Below the pieces are notes generated by a model. That model had not been told where the DNA came from and did no database searches. It saw only the letters and a program-made list of their open reading frames with translations. Positions 27,678-37,206 of a DNA stretch of 45,207 nt are shown one piece after another. Source of the DNA: Rubrobacter sp. Its GTDB lineage: Bacteria > Actinomycetota > Rubrobacteria > Rubrobacterales > Rubrobacteraceae. A program made the translations under genes and the position numbers. Every line of letters starts with the position of its first letter. The stretch's first letter is position 1. The stretch spans positions 1 through 45,207 of the forward strand of contig JACCZN010000142.1 in the NCBI GenBank assembly GCA_013695915.1, written 5' to 3'.

Positions 27678-28476
27678 CTCCTCCGTCAGCCCGGCTCTCG
27701 GGGGCAGTATCGCCGGAGCTCCAGACCAGGGACCCGACGTGCTCGCCCTGCAGGATGCTCCGCAGGTTGCCGGGCTTTAGTATATCGAAAACGATTATAG
27801 GGAGGCGTTCCCCGGAGAGGAGCGTCGCGGCCGTGTGGTCCATCACAGAGAGGTTTCGGGAGAGCAGGTCCATGTAGGAGAGGCGTGGTATCCGGACCGC
27901 GTCCCGGTGTACACGGGGGTCCTTGTCGTAGACGCCGTCTACCCGGTTCTTCGCCATCAGCATGGCGTCGGCCCCGATCTCGAGCGCCCGCAACGCCGCC
28001 CCCGTGTCCGTGGTGAAGAACGGGTTCCCCGTGCCGGAGGCGAAGATAACGACCCGTCCCTTCTCCAGGTGCCGGATCGCCCGCCGCCGGATGTAGGTCT
28101 CCGCGACCTCCTGTATCTGGATCGCCGACTGTACCCGGCTGTCGAGGCCGCGGCCCTCCAGCGCCGCCTGCAACGCGAGAGCGTTGATCACGGTCCCGAG
28201 CATCGCCATGTAGTCCGCCGTGGCGCTTTCTATGCCGAGCTTGGAGGCTACCTGCGAGCCCCGGAAGATGTTCCCGCCGCCGACCACGATGGCGAGCTCC
28301 GCGCCAGCCTCCACGGCCTCCATTACCTGCGTCGCCGTGGAGTCCAGGCTCGCCGGGTCTATGCCGTACCCATCCTCCCCCGAGAGGCTCTCGCCCGAGA
28401 GCTTCAGGACCACCCGCTTCAGACCACCGGGCACGCGCGAGTCGCCTCTCTCCTCGTTGAGAGCGGATTCGCTCAA
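27655..28476 (-). CDS. pyrH: UMP kinase
   Basis: LKLSGE, VVGGGNIFRG, ADYMAMLGTVINA, GTGNPFFTTD. Start TTG 28476 or GTG 28434; the ORF-track start overlaps tsf. Confidence 0.97.
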   Translation of the reverse strand: MSESALNEERGDSRVPGGLKRVVLKLSGESLSGEDGYGIDPASLDSTATQVMEAVEAGAELAIVVGGGNIFRGSQVASKLGIESATADYMAMLGTVINALALQAALEGRGLDSRVQSAIQIQEVAETYIRRRAIRHLEKGRVVIFASGTGNPFFTTDTGAALRALEIGADAMLMAKNRVDGVYDKDPRVHRDAVRIPRLSYMDLLSRNLSVMDHTAATLLSGERLPIIVFDILKPGNLRSILQGEHVGSLVWSSGDTAPESRADGGDEHVGEH

Positions 28477-28484
28477 CGCCGGTC

Positions 28485-29072
28485 CTAGAGCTCGTACCGG
28501 GTGAAGCGCCGGATGACGATGTTCTCGCCCACCGTGGCGATGGTCTCCTGCAAGAGCTCGCCCACGGTCTTGTCGTCGTCCTTTACGTAGCTCTGCGTCA
28601 GGAGGGCACGCTCCTTGATCCACTTGTCCATCCGGCCCTGGATGATCTTCTCCGCCACGTTCTCGGGCTTGCCGAGCTCCGCCGTCTGCTTCTCGACCGC
28701 CGCGCGCTCCTCGGCTAGCTCCTCCTCGGGAATGTCCTCCGGGGAGACGGTCAGCGGGTTCATGGAGGCGATGTGGAGCGCCACGTTCCTCGCGAAGCCC
28801 TTGAAGTCCTCCGTCCGGGCCACGAAGTCGGTCTCGCAGTCCACCTCGACCAGCACGCCGAGCTTGCCGTTGAAGTGGATGTAGGACTCGATGAGGCCCT
28901 CGTTGACCTCGCGGGCGCTCTTCTTCGCGGCCACGGCCTGGCCGCGCTCCTTGAGGACCCGCCGCGCGCCGTCCAGGTCCCCCTCGGACTCCTCAAGAGC
29001 CCGCTTGACGTCCATCATGCCGGCGGCGGTCTCCGCCCGGAGCTGCTTTACCTTCTCTACCGTGCTCGCCAT
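28485..29072 (-). CDS. tsf: Elongation factor Ts (short form)
   Basis: VKQLRAETAAGMMDVKRAL, EVDCETDFVAR, GENIVIRRF. Confidence 0.98.
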   Translation of the reverse strand: MASTVEKVKQLRAETAAGMMDVKRALEESEGDLDGARRVLKERGQAVAAKKSAREVNEGLIESYIHFNGKLGVLVEVDCETDFVARTEDFKGFARNVALHIASMNPLTVSPEDIPEEELAEERAAVEKQTAELGKPENVAEKIIQGRMDKWIKERALLTQSYVKDDDKTVGELLQETIATVGENIVIRRFTRYEL

Positions 29073-29078
29073 TCCTCG

Positions 29079-30197
<1,119 letters not shown>

Positions 30198-30218
30198 AAC
30201 CGTTACCTCTCCTTTTCA

Positions 30219-30327
30219 GGTGGTTGAACCTCCGCCCGCACTTTGCAATCCACCGTCGGGAGGACCCAGCCTCTCTCTGTGGACCACCACCTGGGCATGC
30301 TGCTGCAGGCCCTTCGCAGGCGTGTGT
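30219..30327 (-). ncRNA. S2 (rpsB) leader, t44-like cis-regulatory RNA
   Basis: ACACACGCCTGC...GCGGGCGGAGGTTCAACCACC closing stem, and internal GGTGGT complementary to 3' ACCACC. Matches the architecture of the E. coli rpsB leader (ACACAC stem, GGAGG, GGGGU/ACCCC pairing). Confidence 0.75.
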
Positions 30328-30342
30328 AATAAGACCTCGCAG

Positions 30343-30353
30343 ATACTAGCACA
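30343..30353 (-). promoter_or_regulatory. Extended -10 promoter of rpsB-tsf
   Basis: TGTGC-TAGTAT just upstream of the S2 leader. Confidence 0.6.
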
Positions 30354-30394
30354 GGCGAGTGGGGGCTTCTATCGTCTCCTCTCCGCCGGAACGG

Positions 30395-31255
30395 CTACCG
30401 CCCCCACGAGGCGATGGGCCGCTCTGAGAGGTTGGCCTGCAGACGCCTGAGCGCTCGGCGCAAGATCTGGGAGATGCGTCCTTCGGTGAGGCTCATCGCC
30501 TTGCCGATCTCTTTCAGGGTGAGCCCTTCGTAGAAGTAGAAGGTGGTTACCAGCCGCTCTTGGTGACCGAGTTCCTCTATGGCGCCCGCGAGTTGGGTAC
30601 GGAGGTCCTCTTTCTCCGCCTCGGACTGCGGGTCCCGCACCCCGTGGTCCACGACAAAGGCCTGGAACTCGGCTCCCAGCCCCCCGTCGATATCCAGCCG
30701 GGACTCCAGCGAGGAGACCTGCGCCCGAGCGTACTGGTCCAGAAAGCTCTGGTACTCCTCGAAGGTCATGCCGACCTCTTTGGAGATCTCGCGCTCGCTC
30801 GGTTGCCGCCGGAGCTCCTGGCCGAGCCGGGCCCTGGCCCGCTCTATCTCCTGCGCCCGCAGCCGCACCCGCCGGGGCACCCAGTCCTCCCGGCGCAGCT
30901 CGTCGAGGATGGCCCACCGGATCTTTGAGATTGCATAAGACTCGAACTTCGCCTTCCGGTCCGGGTCGTAGGTCTCTATGGCATCCAGGAGACCTAGCAC
31001 GCCCCAGGAGTAGAGGTCCTCCTGGTCCAGGGAGCTGGTCGAGCGGGCGTAGATCCGGCCCGCCGCGTACTTGACGAGCGGAGAGTAATTCACGACCAGC
31101 CGGTCCCTGAAACCCTCCGTCCGGCGTTCGAGGCTCCTGGGCATCCTGCCTTCCCCGTCACGCTGCTCCGCGGCGTAGAGCTCGCCGCGGGCCTTCAGGT
31201 ACTGCTCCCAGAGACGGCCGATGGTGCGCTCGCGACCGAGGGCGACCTCGCTCAT
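30395..31255 (-). CDS. whiG: FliA/WhiG-family (sigma-28) RNA polymerase sigma factor
   Basis: RDRLVVNYSPLVKYAA, GLLDAIE, KFESYA, ILDELRREDWVPRRVR, YFYEGLTLKEIG..LTEGRISQ; dprA-whiG-rpsB synteny. Confidence 0.88.
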   Translation of the reverse strand: MSEVALGRERTIGRLWEQYLKARGELYAAEQRDGEGRMPRSLERRTEGFRDRLVVNYSPLVKYAAGRIYARSTSSLDQEDLYSWGVLGLLDAIETYDPDRKAKFESYAISKIRWAILDELRREDWVPRRVRLRAQEIERARARLGQELRRQPSEREISKEVGMTFEEYQSFLDQYARAQVSSLESRLDIDGGLGAEFQAFVVDHGVRDPQSEAEKEDLRTQLAGAIEELGHQERLVTTFYFYEGLTLKEIGKAMSLTEGRISQILRRALRRLQANLSERPIASWGR

Positions 31256-32379
31256 CGGCCCCGCCGGGAGTACGAGCCGCCGCTGTCCCGCGCTACATAA
31301 CCTTTCAACTCCAGCATCGAGAGCACGGGCAGAAGCTCGCGCATCCCGACCCCGCTGCGGCCCGAGATCACATCTACCCCGGTCGCCTCGAAACCGACCT
31401 CCAAGAGCACCCTGGCTTCGTGCTGCGGCAGCTCACCCTCCTCGAGCTCTTCCATCGGCAGCGCCCGCGGCGCCACGGGCCTCGCAGGCTCCGGCGCCAC
31501 GGCGTCCACAAACTCCGCCACGTCCCAGATCACCCCTGCCCCGTCGCCGAGCAGCCGGTTGGAACCCCGGCACTCGGGTGGCCGCAGAGGTCCCGGAACG
31601 GACCACACGTCCTGCCCGGCCTCCAGCGCGTGGCGGGCGGTTATCAGCGCCCCGCTCTTCTCGGAGGCCTCCACTACTACTACGGTCTCCGACAGACCGG
31701 AGATCACCCGGTTCCGGGCCGGGAACCGCCACGGCAGCGGCTGCTCCCCCAGGTAGTACTCCGAGACCACGGCCCCCGAGCCCCGCACCCTCTCGAAGAG
31801 CTCGCGGTTCCGCCGGGGGTAGATCACGTCTATGCCGCAGCCGAGGACCCCGGCCGTCGGCCCGCCGGAGGCCAGCGCCCCTTCATGGGCGGCGGCGTCG
31901 ATACCGAGGGCCAGACCGCTCACGACGCATACGCCCCTCTCACCGAGCGCCCGGCCCAGCTCCCGCGCGTTCTCGATCCCCGTGACGGAGGCCTTGCGCG
32001 AGCCGACGAGCGCGACCGCCGGCCCCTCGGGTATGGTCCCGCGCACGAACAGGGCCGGCGGAGGGTCGGGCATCTCCCGCAGCCGCTCGGGGTAGCCACC
32101 GTCCGCCAGGGTCACCGCCGACGCACCCGTCTGCGCCAGCCGCCCGAGGACGGCTTCGGCGTCGAACTCCCGGCGCAGCTCCCCGAAGGCCCGGCGGGCC
32201 TTCTCCGAGAGCTTCACGTGCTCGCCGAGCTCGCGGTCGGACATCTCCGGGAGGCGGTCGGGAGATAGGTCCCCCATCCTGCGAAGGAGGCTGGTCCCCG
32301 TCCGGGCCTGGAGCAGCGAGAGGAAGAGGTACCCCTCCCGGCTGCCCGCGAACCCGGTGCTTTCGCCGCTAGAGATCAA
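31252..32379 (-). CDS. dprA: DNA-processing protein DprA
   Basis: YPERL..DPPPALFVRG, VGSRKAS, VSGLALGIDAAAH, FPARNRVISGLS, SGALITA, C-terminal LELKG wHTH. Confidence 0.96.
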   Translation of the reverse strand: MISSGESTGFAGSREGYLFLSLLQARTGTSLLRRMGDLSPDRLPEMSDRELGEHVKLSEKARRAFGELRREFDAEAVLGRLAQTGASAVTLADGGYPERLREMPDPPPALFVRGTIPEGPAVALVGSRKASVTGIENARELGRALGERGVCVVSGLALGIDAAAHEGALASGGPTAGVLGCGIDVIYPRRNRELFERVRGSGAVVSEYYLGEQPLPWRFPARNRVISGLSETVVVVEASEKSGALITARHALEAGQDVWSVPGPLRPPECRGSNRLLGDGAGVIWDVAEFVDAVAPEPARPVAPRALPMEELEEGELPQHEARVLLEVGFEATGVDVISGRSGVGMRELLPVLSMLELKGYVARDSGGSYSRRGR

Positions 32380-33889
32380 AGGTCGCAGACCTCCGGTAGT
32401 TGAGCGCCTCGGCTACGTGCTCGGCCGCTATCTCCTCTTTCCCCGCGAGGTCCGCCACCGTCCGCGCCACCCGCAGGATGCGGTCGTGCCCCCTCCCCGA
32501 GAGCCCCATGCGGTCTATGGCCCGCGAGAGCAGCGCCTCCGAGTCCCCCCGCAGGGCGCAGAACTCGCGCAGAGGCCTGCCGGAGAGCGCGGCGTTTGGC
32601 GCGCCCTGCCGGGCGGTCTGAGCCTCCCGGGCCTCCGCCACCCGGCCGCGCACGGCCTCGGACGGCTCCGCAGCCTCCCCGCTCCTCAGCTCCTCGCGGG
32701 TCAGGCGCGGCACGTCGACGAAGATGTCCACCCGGTCGAGCAGCGGACCGGAGATACGGCTCTGGTAACGCTCTATCTGCCCGGCGGAGCACCGGCAGGC
32801 CTTCCGGCGGTCGCCCGCGTACCCGCAGGGACAGGGGTTCATGGAACAGACGAGCGTGGTGCGGGCCGGATAGGTCACGGACGCCGCAACGCGCGAGATG
32901 GTCACGTGCCCGTCCTCCAGCGGGCCGCGCAGCACCTCCAGAGAGCCCCGGCTGAACTCCGGGAACTCGTCCAGGAAGAGCACGCCGTGGTGGGCGAGCG
33001 AGACCTCTCCCGGACGGGGGTTGCTCCCGCCGCCCGCGAGACCGGCGGTGGAGATGGTGTGGTGCGGGGCCCGGAATGGCCGCCGCTTCACGAGCGCACC
33101 GTTGCTCTCTCCCGCCGAGCTGTAGACCTTGGTGACCTCGATGCTCTCCGCGAGGGTCAGCGGAGGGAGTATGCCCGGGAGCCTCCGCCCGAGCATGGTC
33201 TTGCCGGAGCCCGGTGGACCGCTCAGGAGGACGTTGTGTCCCCCCGCAGCGGTCACCTCCAGCGCCCGCTTGGCATAGCCCTGCCCGGCAACGTCGGCGA
33301 AATCGTCCGGGGACGGCTCCACGGCTGCGGGGCTCTCCTCCGGGCGGGAGCCTGCCGGGTACGTCGGCTCCGGCTCCCCGTCCCTGAACAGGTCCACGGC
33401 CTCGCCGAGGTTCCCGACACCGTGGACGTCTACCTTCCCGGCCGAGGCCGCCTCTGCGGCGTTCTCCCGGGGCACGACGAGCCTCCGCAGGCCCTCGCGG
33501 TCCACGCCCTCGGAGAAAGACAGCGCACCCCGCACCCCCCGCAGACCACCGTCCAGCGAGAGCTCGCCCACGATGCCCGAGCCCGCGAGGCTCCCGGGGG
33601 GGACCACGCCGGAGGCTGCGAGCACGGCGAGCGCTATGGGGAGGTCAAAGGCCGGTCCTTCCTTGCGCAGGTTCGCGGGTGCCAGGTTCACTATCACCTT
33701 CCTGGTGGGGAACTTGTACCCGCTGTTGGTGATGGCGACCTTCACCCGCTCCCGCGCCTCCTGCACCGCAGTGTCCGGCAGCCCCACGATGGAGAAGCCC
33801 GGGAGGCCGGAACCCACGTCTACCTCTACCTCGACAGGCAAGGCCTCTATACCTGAAAGAGTCAGGCTGGTCGCCCGACAAACAGACAC
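32369..33889 (-). CDS. comM: ComM/YifB Mg-chelatase-like AAA+ ATPase
   Basis: IVGLPDTAVQEARERV, NLAPANLRKEG, GPPGSGKT, RPFRAPHH, PGEVSLAHHGVLFLDEFPEF, NPCPCG, ISGPLLDR. Likely start GTG 33889. Confidence 0.95.
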   Translation of the reverse strand: MSVCRATSLTLSGIEALPVEVEVDVGSGLPGFSIVGLPDTAVQEARERVKVAITNSGYKFPTRKVIVNLAPANLRKEGPAFDLPIALAVLAASGVVPPGSLAGSGIVGELSLDGGLRGVRGALSFSEGVDREGLRRLVVPRENAAEAASAGKVDVHGVGNLGEAVDLFRDGEPEPTYPAGSRPEESPAAVEPSPDDFADVAGQGYAKRALEVTAAGGHNVLLSGPPGSGKTMLGRRLPGILPPLTLAESIEVTKVYSSAGESNGALVKRRPFRAPHHTISTAGLAGGGSNPRPGEVSLAHHGVLFLDEFPEFSRGSLEVLRGPLEDGHVTISRVAASVTYPARTTLVCSMNPCPCGYAGDRRKACRCSAGQIERYQSRISGPLLDRVDIFVDVPRLTREELRSGEAAEPSEAVRGRVAEAREAQTARQGAPNAALSGRPLREFCALRGDSEALLSRAIDRMGLSGRGHDRILRVARTVADLAGKEEIAAEHVAEALNYRRSATFDL

Positions 33890-33987
33890 TAGTTTAAAAC
33901 ACCTATCCCCACACGAAGCCCGTTCGAGCCGCCTGAAGACTGCGCTCGACCGCACCCTAACGCTTATCTGCCAACAGAACTTGCCAT

Positions 33988-33996
33988 AGTATATCA
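33988..33996 (-). promoter_or_regulatory. Extended -10 promoter (TGA-TATACT) upstream of comM-dprA-whiG
   Basis: AT-rich TTACATTGATATACTATGG in the yraN-comM spacer. Confidence 0.55.
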
Positions 33997-34048
33997 ATGT
34001 AACTGCGAGAGCGAGTACCCGGGGGCGCCGGACCCCGGCCCTGAGAGC

Positions 34049-34411
34049 CTAGAAAGCGTGCGGCACGTGCCGGACCTGTGGTCTACCGGCACCCAGGAGG
34101 ACACCGACGACGTCGAAGCGCACCTCCTCGAACTCCGGCTCGTATACGGCCAGGTAGTGTTCCGCCAGAGCCCGGATCCTCTCCTGCTTGCGGACCGTGA
34201 CGGCCTCCACGGGCTCGCCGAACCCGGTGCCCCGGCGCAGCTTGACCTCGACGAACACCAGGCTGGAGCCGTGACGCAGGATCAGGTCTACCTCCCCGCG
34301 GCGCGTGCGGTAGTTCTTCTCCACGAGCCGGTACCCTCGCCCGCCGAGGTAGCGCAGCGCGATCTCCTCTCCCCGGTCCCCGGAGCGGCGGTTGTCCCTG
34401 CGACCACCCAG
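34049..34411 (-). CDS. yraN: YraN/UPF0102 family nuclease-like protein
   Basis: GDRGEEIALRYL..RGYRLVEKNYR..RGEVDLI..LVFVEVK..RFDVV..HAF. The conserved N-terminus lies upstream of GTG 34324, so CTG 34411 after AGGAGG is the likely start. Confidence 0.92.
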   Translation of the reverse strand: MGGRRDNRRSGDRGEEIALRYLGGRGYRLVEKNYRTRRGEVDLILRHGSSLVFVEVKLRRGTGFGEPVEAVTVRKQERIRALAEHYLAVYEPEFEEVRFDVVGVLLGAGRPQVRHVPHAF

Positions 34412-34417
34412 TGCCGT

Positions 34418-35044
34418 CTAGCCTCCTACACCGGACCAGCTCACCCGGTGTACCCGGCAAGGGCCGAGCTCCCGGAGCGCCAACCGATGCTCCGGCGTTC
34501 CATAACCCTTGTTCCTCTCGAAGCCGTATCCCGGGCTCTCGGCGGCGAGGGCCCGCATCGCCCCGTCCCTCAAGACCTTCGCCACCACGCTCGCCGCCGC
34601 GACCGTCGCGCTCGCGCTGTCCGCCCGCGGCAGAGACTCTACCTCCGGCCTGAGCCGGAGGTTCCCATCGGCCAGGCAGCACCCGGCCCGGTCCGCCAGC
34701 GCAGAGAGCGCACCCCGCAGCGCCTCCCGGTTCGCGGAGCCCACACCGTAGCGGTCTATCCACCAGGCGGGGAAGCTGGCCACCGAGACGCCCTCACAGC
34801 GTCGGAGAACCTCGGCAAAGACCGTCTCTCTAGCTTCCGGTCTCAGGGTCTTGGAGTCCGCCAGCCCCTCTACCTCTCCCTCACCGAGCACGACCGCCGC
34901 GGCGACCAGGGGACCGGCCAGAGATCCCCGTCCGGCCTCATCGGCCCCCGCCAGGGGCCCGCTCCGGCCGTTCTCGCCGGAGAAGGCCGCGTCGAAAGCG
35001 TAGAGGGGAGCGCCCGGCGGACGCTCCCCTGGATGGCCCGGCAA
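34418..35044 (-). CDS. rnhB: Ribonuclease HII
   Basis: GADEAGRGSLAGPLVAAAV, DSKTL, AAASVVAKVLRD, NKGYGT, GPCRVHR. Confidence 0.95.
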   Translation of the reverse strand: MPGHPGERPPGAPLYAFDAAFSGENGRSGPLAGADEAGRGSLAGPLVAAAVVLGEGEVEGLADSKTLRPEARETVFAEVLRRCEGVSVASFPAWWIDRYGVGSANREALRGALSALADRAGCCLADGNLRLRPEVESLPRADSASATVAAASVVAKVLRDGAMRALAAESPGYGFERNKGYGTPEHRLALRELGPCRVHRVSWSGVGG

Positions 35045-35056
35045 CCCCCCGGCGCT

Positions 35057-35383
35057 CTAGCGGGCCTTCTTGACCCGGGCCTTCTTGCCGACCTTCTGGC
35101 GGATGTAGTAGATCTTGGACTGCCGCACGGAGCCGCGGGAGATCATCTTTATATCCGCTATCTTGGGCGAGTGGAGCGGGAAGATGCGCTCTACGGCCAC
35201 GCCGAACGAGTTCTTTCGCACCACGAAGGTCTCCTGGATACCCGAGCCTTTACGGGCCAGACACAGGCCCTCGAAGCTCTGGATACGTTCGCGGTTCCCC
35301 TCCGTGACCCGGTAGTCCACCCTTATGGTGTCGCCCGGACGGAACGCGGTCTCGGGCTGCTTGAGGTTCTCACTGGTTATCAT
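35057..35383 (-). CDS. rplS: 50S ribosomal protein L19
   Basis: FRPGDTIRV, ERIQSFEG, VERIFPLHSP, VRQSKIYYIR. Confidence 0.98.
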   Translation of the reverse strand: MITSENLKQPETAFRPGDTIRVDYRVTEGNRERIQSFEGLCLARKGSGIQETFVVRKNSFGVAVERIFPLHSPKIADIKMISRGSVRQSKIYYIRQKVGKKARVKKAR

Positions 35384-35438
35384 GCTCGTCTCCTCTCGTG
35401 GGGACTTTGAAAGCTACGGATGGCGCTTCTCCGGCTCG

Positions 35439-36140
35439 TTATTGCTCTTCCGGGCCCGTGGCCCGCGCTCGCGACGCGCGCTCGCGCCAGGCACGGATCT
35501 CAGCGTGATTGCCGGATAATAGCACGTCCGGGACCTGTGCTGTATCCCACTCAGCAGGCCGCGTGTACTGCGGCGGACCGACGGCTCCCGCCCCATCCTC
35601 CGCGGAGAAGGACTCCCCGGCGAGGCTCTCGGCGTTCCCGAGCACCCCGTCGAGCAGCCGGACCACGGCGTCCGCGACGGCTGCCGCCACTATCTCACCG
35701 CCCGATAACACGAAACCGCCCAGCGAGACTGCCCCGGTCGAGAGCTCCGTTCGCACCCGCTCGTCCACCCCGCCGTAGCGGCCGCAGACCATCGTGACCC
35801 CCCGGCCCCCGGCCAACCCGCCCGCGAGCTCGCGGGCATACCCCTGGTCGAAGGTGCGGCCGCCGGGCTCGGTGACCAGGACCGTCCGGACCTCCCGGGC
35901 CTCCCGGGCCGGCAGACCGTACACCGCCTCCAGCGCCCGGGCCACCACGTCCACCCGGATCACCATCCCCGGCCCGCCCCCGTAGGGCATATCGTCGATC
36001 CGTCCTCCCGGAGCGTAGTCCCGGAGGTCGAACGTCCGGACACCTACCAGGCCGCGCTCCACGGCCCGGCCCACCACGCCAGCGCGCAGCGAGGCCTCGA
36101 CCACCTCGGGAAACACGCAGAATACGTCTATGCTCTGCAA
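35439..36140 (-). CDS. trmD: tRNA (guanine-N1)-methyltransferase
   Basis: DDMPYGGGPGMV, CGRYGGVDERV, SLGGFVLSGGE, PQYTRP, VPDVLLSGNH. Confidence 0.96.
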   Translation of the reverse strand: MQSIDVFCVFPEVVEASLRAGVVGRAVERGLVGVRTFDLRDYAPGGRIDDMPYGGGPGMVIRVDVVARALEAVYGLPAREAREVRTVLVTEPGGRTFDQGYARELAGGLAGGRGVTMVCGRYGGVDERVRTELSTGAVSLGGFVLSGGEIVAAAVADAVVRLLDGVLGNAESLAGESFSAEDGAGAVGPPQYTRPAEWDTAQVPDVLLSGNHAEIRAWRERASRARATGPEEQ

Positions 36141-36167
36141 CGCGGGCTCCGGCCGGGGTCTTGGGGG

Positions 36168-36677
36168 CTACAGGCCCGGCGGCCGGACGACGACCCGCCG
36201 GTCCTCGACGTCCACCTCGGGGACGTGCTCGCGCGTGAAGGGCACCAGTACCTCTTCCGCAGCCTCCGGGGTAACGCCCTCCGGACGGATGTGGAGCAGC
36301 TCGTAGATCGGGGTCTCCGAGACCTCGCGCACCAGGCCCAACTCTTCTCCCCCCTCATCTACCGCCAGGAGGCCGACGAGGTCGTCCACATAGAACTCCT
36401 CCTCGTCCGTGGGGTCTAGCTCCCCGCGGTCGAGCTTCAACTCCATCGACCGCAGCCCGACGGCCGCTTCCCGGGCCTCGACGCCCTCGAAGTCCACCAG
36501 GAAGCCTTTCGGCGTCTCGCGGACCTTCGCTATGCGCCGCCGCCGTCCGCCGACCACGAGCTCGGCACCCTCCCGCAGGTGCCGTCCGGAGCCGGTGGCC
36601 TTTACGCGCACCGTGCCCCGTATCCCGTGCGGGGCACCCACGACCCCGACGACGACCGGGTCGGAGAGCTCCTCCAC
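36168..36677 (-). CDS. rimM: 16S rRNA processing protein RimM
   Basis: VGVVGAPHGIRG, EEFYVDDLVGL, LVPFT..VPEVD, PPGL. Confidence 0.95.
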   Translation of the reverse strand: MEELSDPVVVGVVGAPHGIRGTVRVKATGSGRHLREGAELVVGGRRRRIAKVRETPKGFLVDFEGVEAREAAVGLRSMELKLDRGELDPTDEEEFYVDDLVGLLAVDEGGEELGLVREVSETPIYELLHIRPEGVTPEAAEEVLVPFTREHVPEVDVEDRRVVVRPPGL

Positions 36678-36682
36678 GGCCG

Positions 36683-36922
36683 CTAGTCCAGAACCTCTAC
36701 GGAGACCCTCTTGCCCACCTTGACCGACGCGGCCTTGACCAGCGTCCGGATCGCCTTGACGATTCGGCCCTGGCGCCCGATCACCCTGCCGACGTCTCCC
36801 GGCGCGACCCGCAGTCGAAGCGTTACCTGCGAGTCCGACTCCGTGGCCGAAACCTCTACCTCTTCCGGCTCGTCCACGAGCGACCGGGCCAGAAAAGTCA
36901 GGAGCCTCTCTAGCTGCTGCAC
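36683..36922 (-). CDS. khpA: KH-domain RNA-binding protein KhpA (YlqC)
   Basis: LARSLVDEPEEV, DVGRVIGRQGR..KAIRTL; start GTG 36922 after GGAGA. Confidence 0.92.
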   Translation of the reverse strand: MQQLERLLTFLARSLVDEPEEVEVSATESDSQVTLRLRVAPGDVGRVIGRQGRIVKAIRTLVKAASVKVGKRVSVEVLD

Positions 36923-36930
36923 GACTCTCC

Positions 36931-37173
36931 CTAGAGGGCGCCCGAGATCTTCAAGAGCTTCCTTACCTGGTTGGTCGGCTGCGCCCCGTGGCTGAGCCAC
37001 TCCCGGGCCTTCTCCACGTCCACCTGGATGTCCGAAGGCTCCGTCTGCGGGTTGTACGTCCCGATCCGCTCTATAGAACGGCCGTCGCGCGGGCTGCGGG
37101 AGTCCGCGACCACTATCCGGTAGAACGGGGACTTCTTGGAGCCGTGCCTGGCCAACCTTATCCTTACCGCCAT
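36931..37173 (-). CDS. rpsP: 30S ribosomal protein S16
   Basis: [40 protein letters not shown]. Confidence 0.99.
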   Translation of the reverse strand: MAVRIRLARHGSKKSPFYRIVVADSRSPRDGRSIERIGTYNPQTEPSDIQVDVEKAREWLSHGAQPTNQVRKLLKISGAL

Positions 37174-37206
37174 GCTCTTACCTCTCTCATTCTCTGTAAC
37201 TCGCCG

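Noticed and set aside
28477-28623. N-terminal extensions of PyrH, and likewise KhpA (36923-37000) and ComM (33890-33997)
   Set aside because: They overlap upstream genes or promoter DNA; downstream starts fit family length and SD position better.
30395-31255. Flagellar fliA within a motility locus
   Set aside because: No flagellar or chemotaxis genes are in the window; context and motif fit actinobacterial WhiG.
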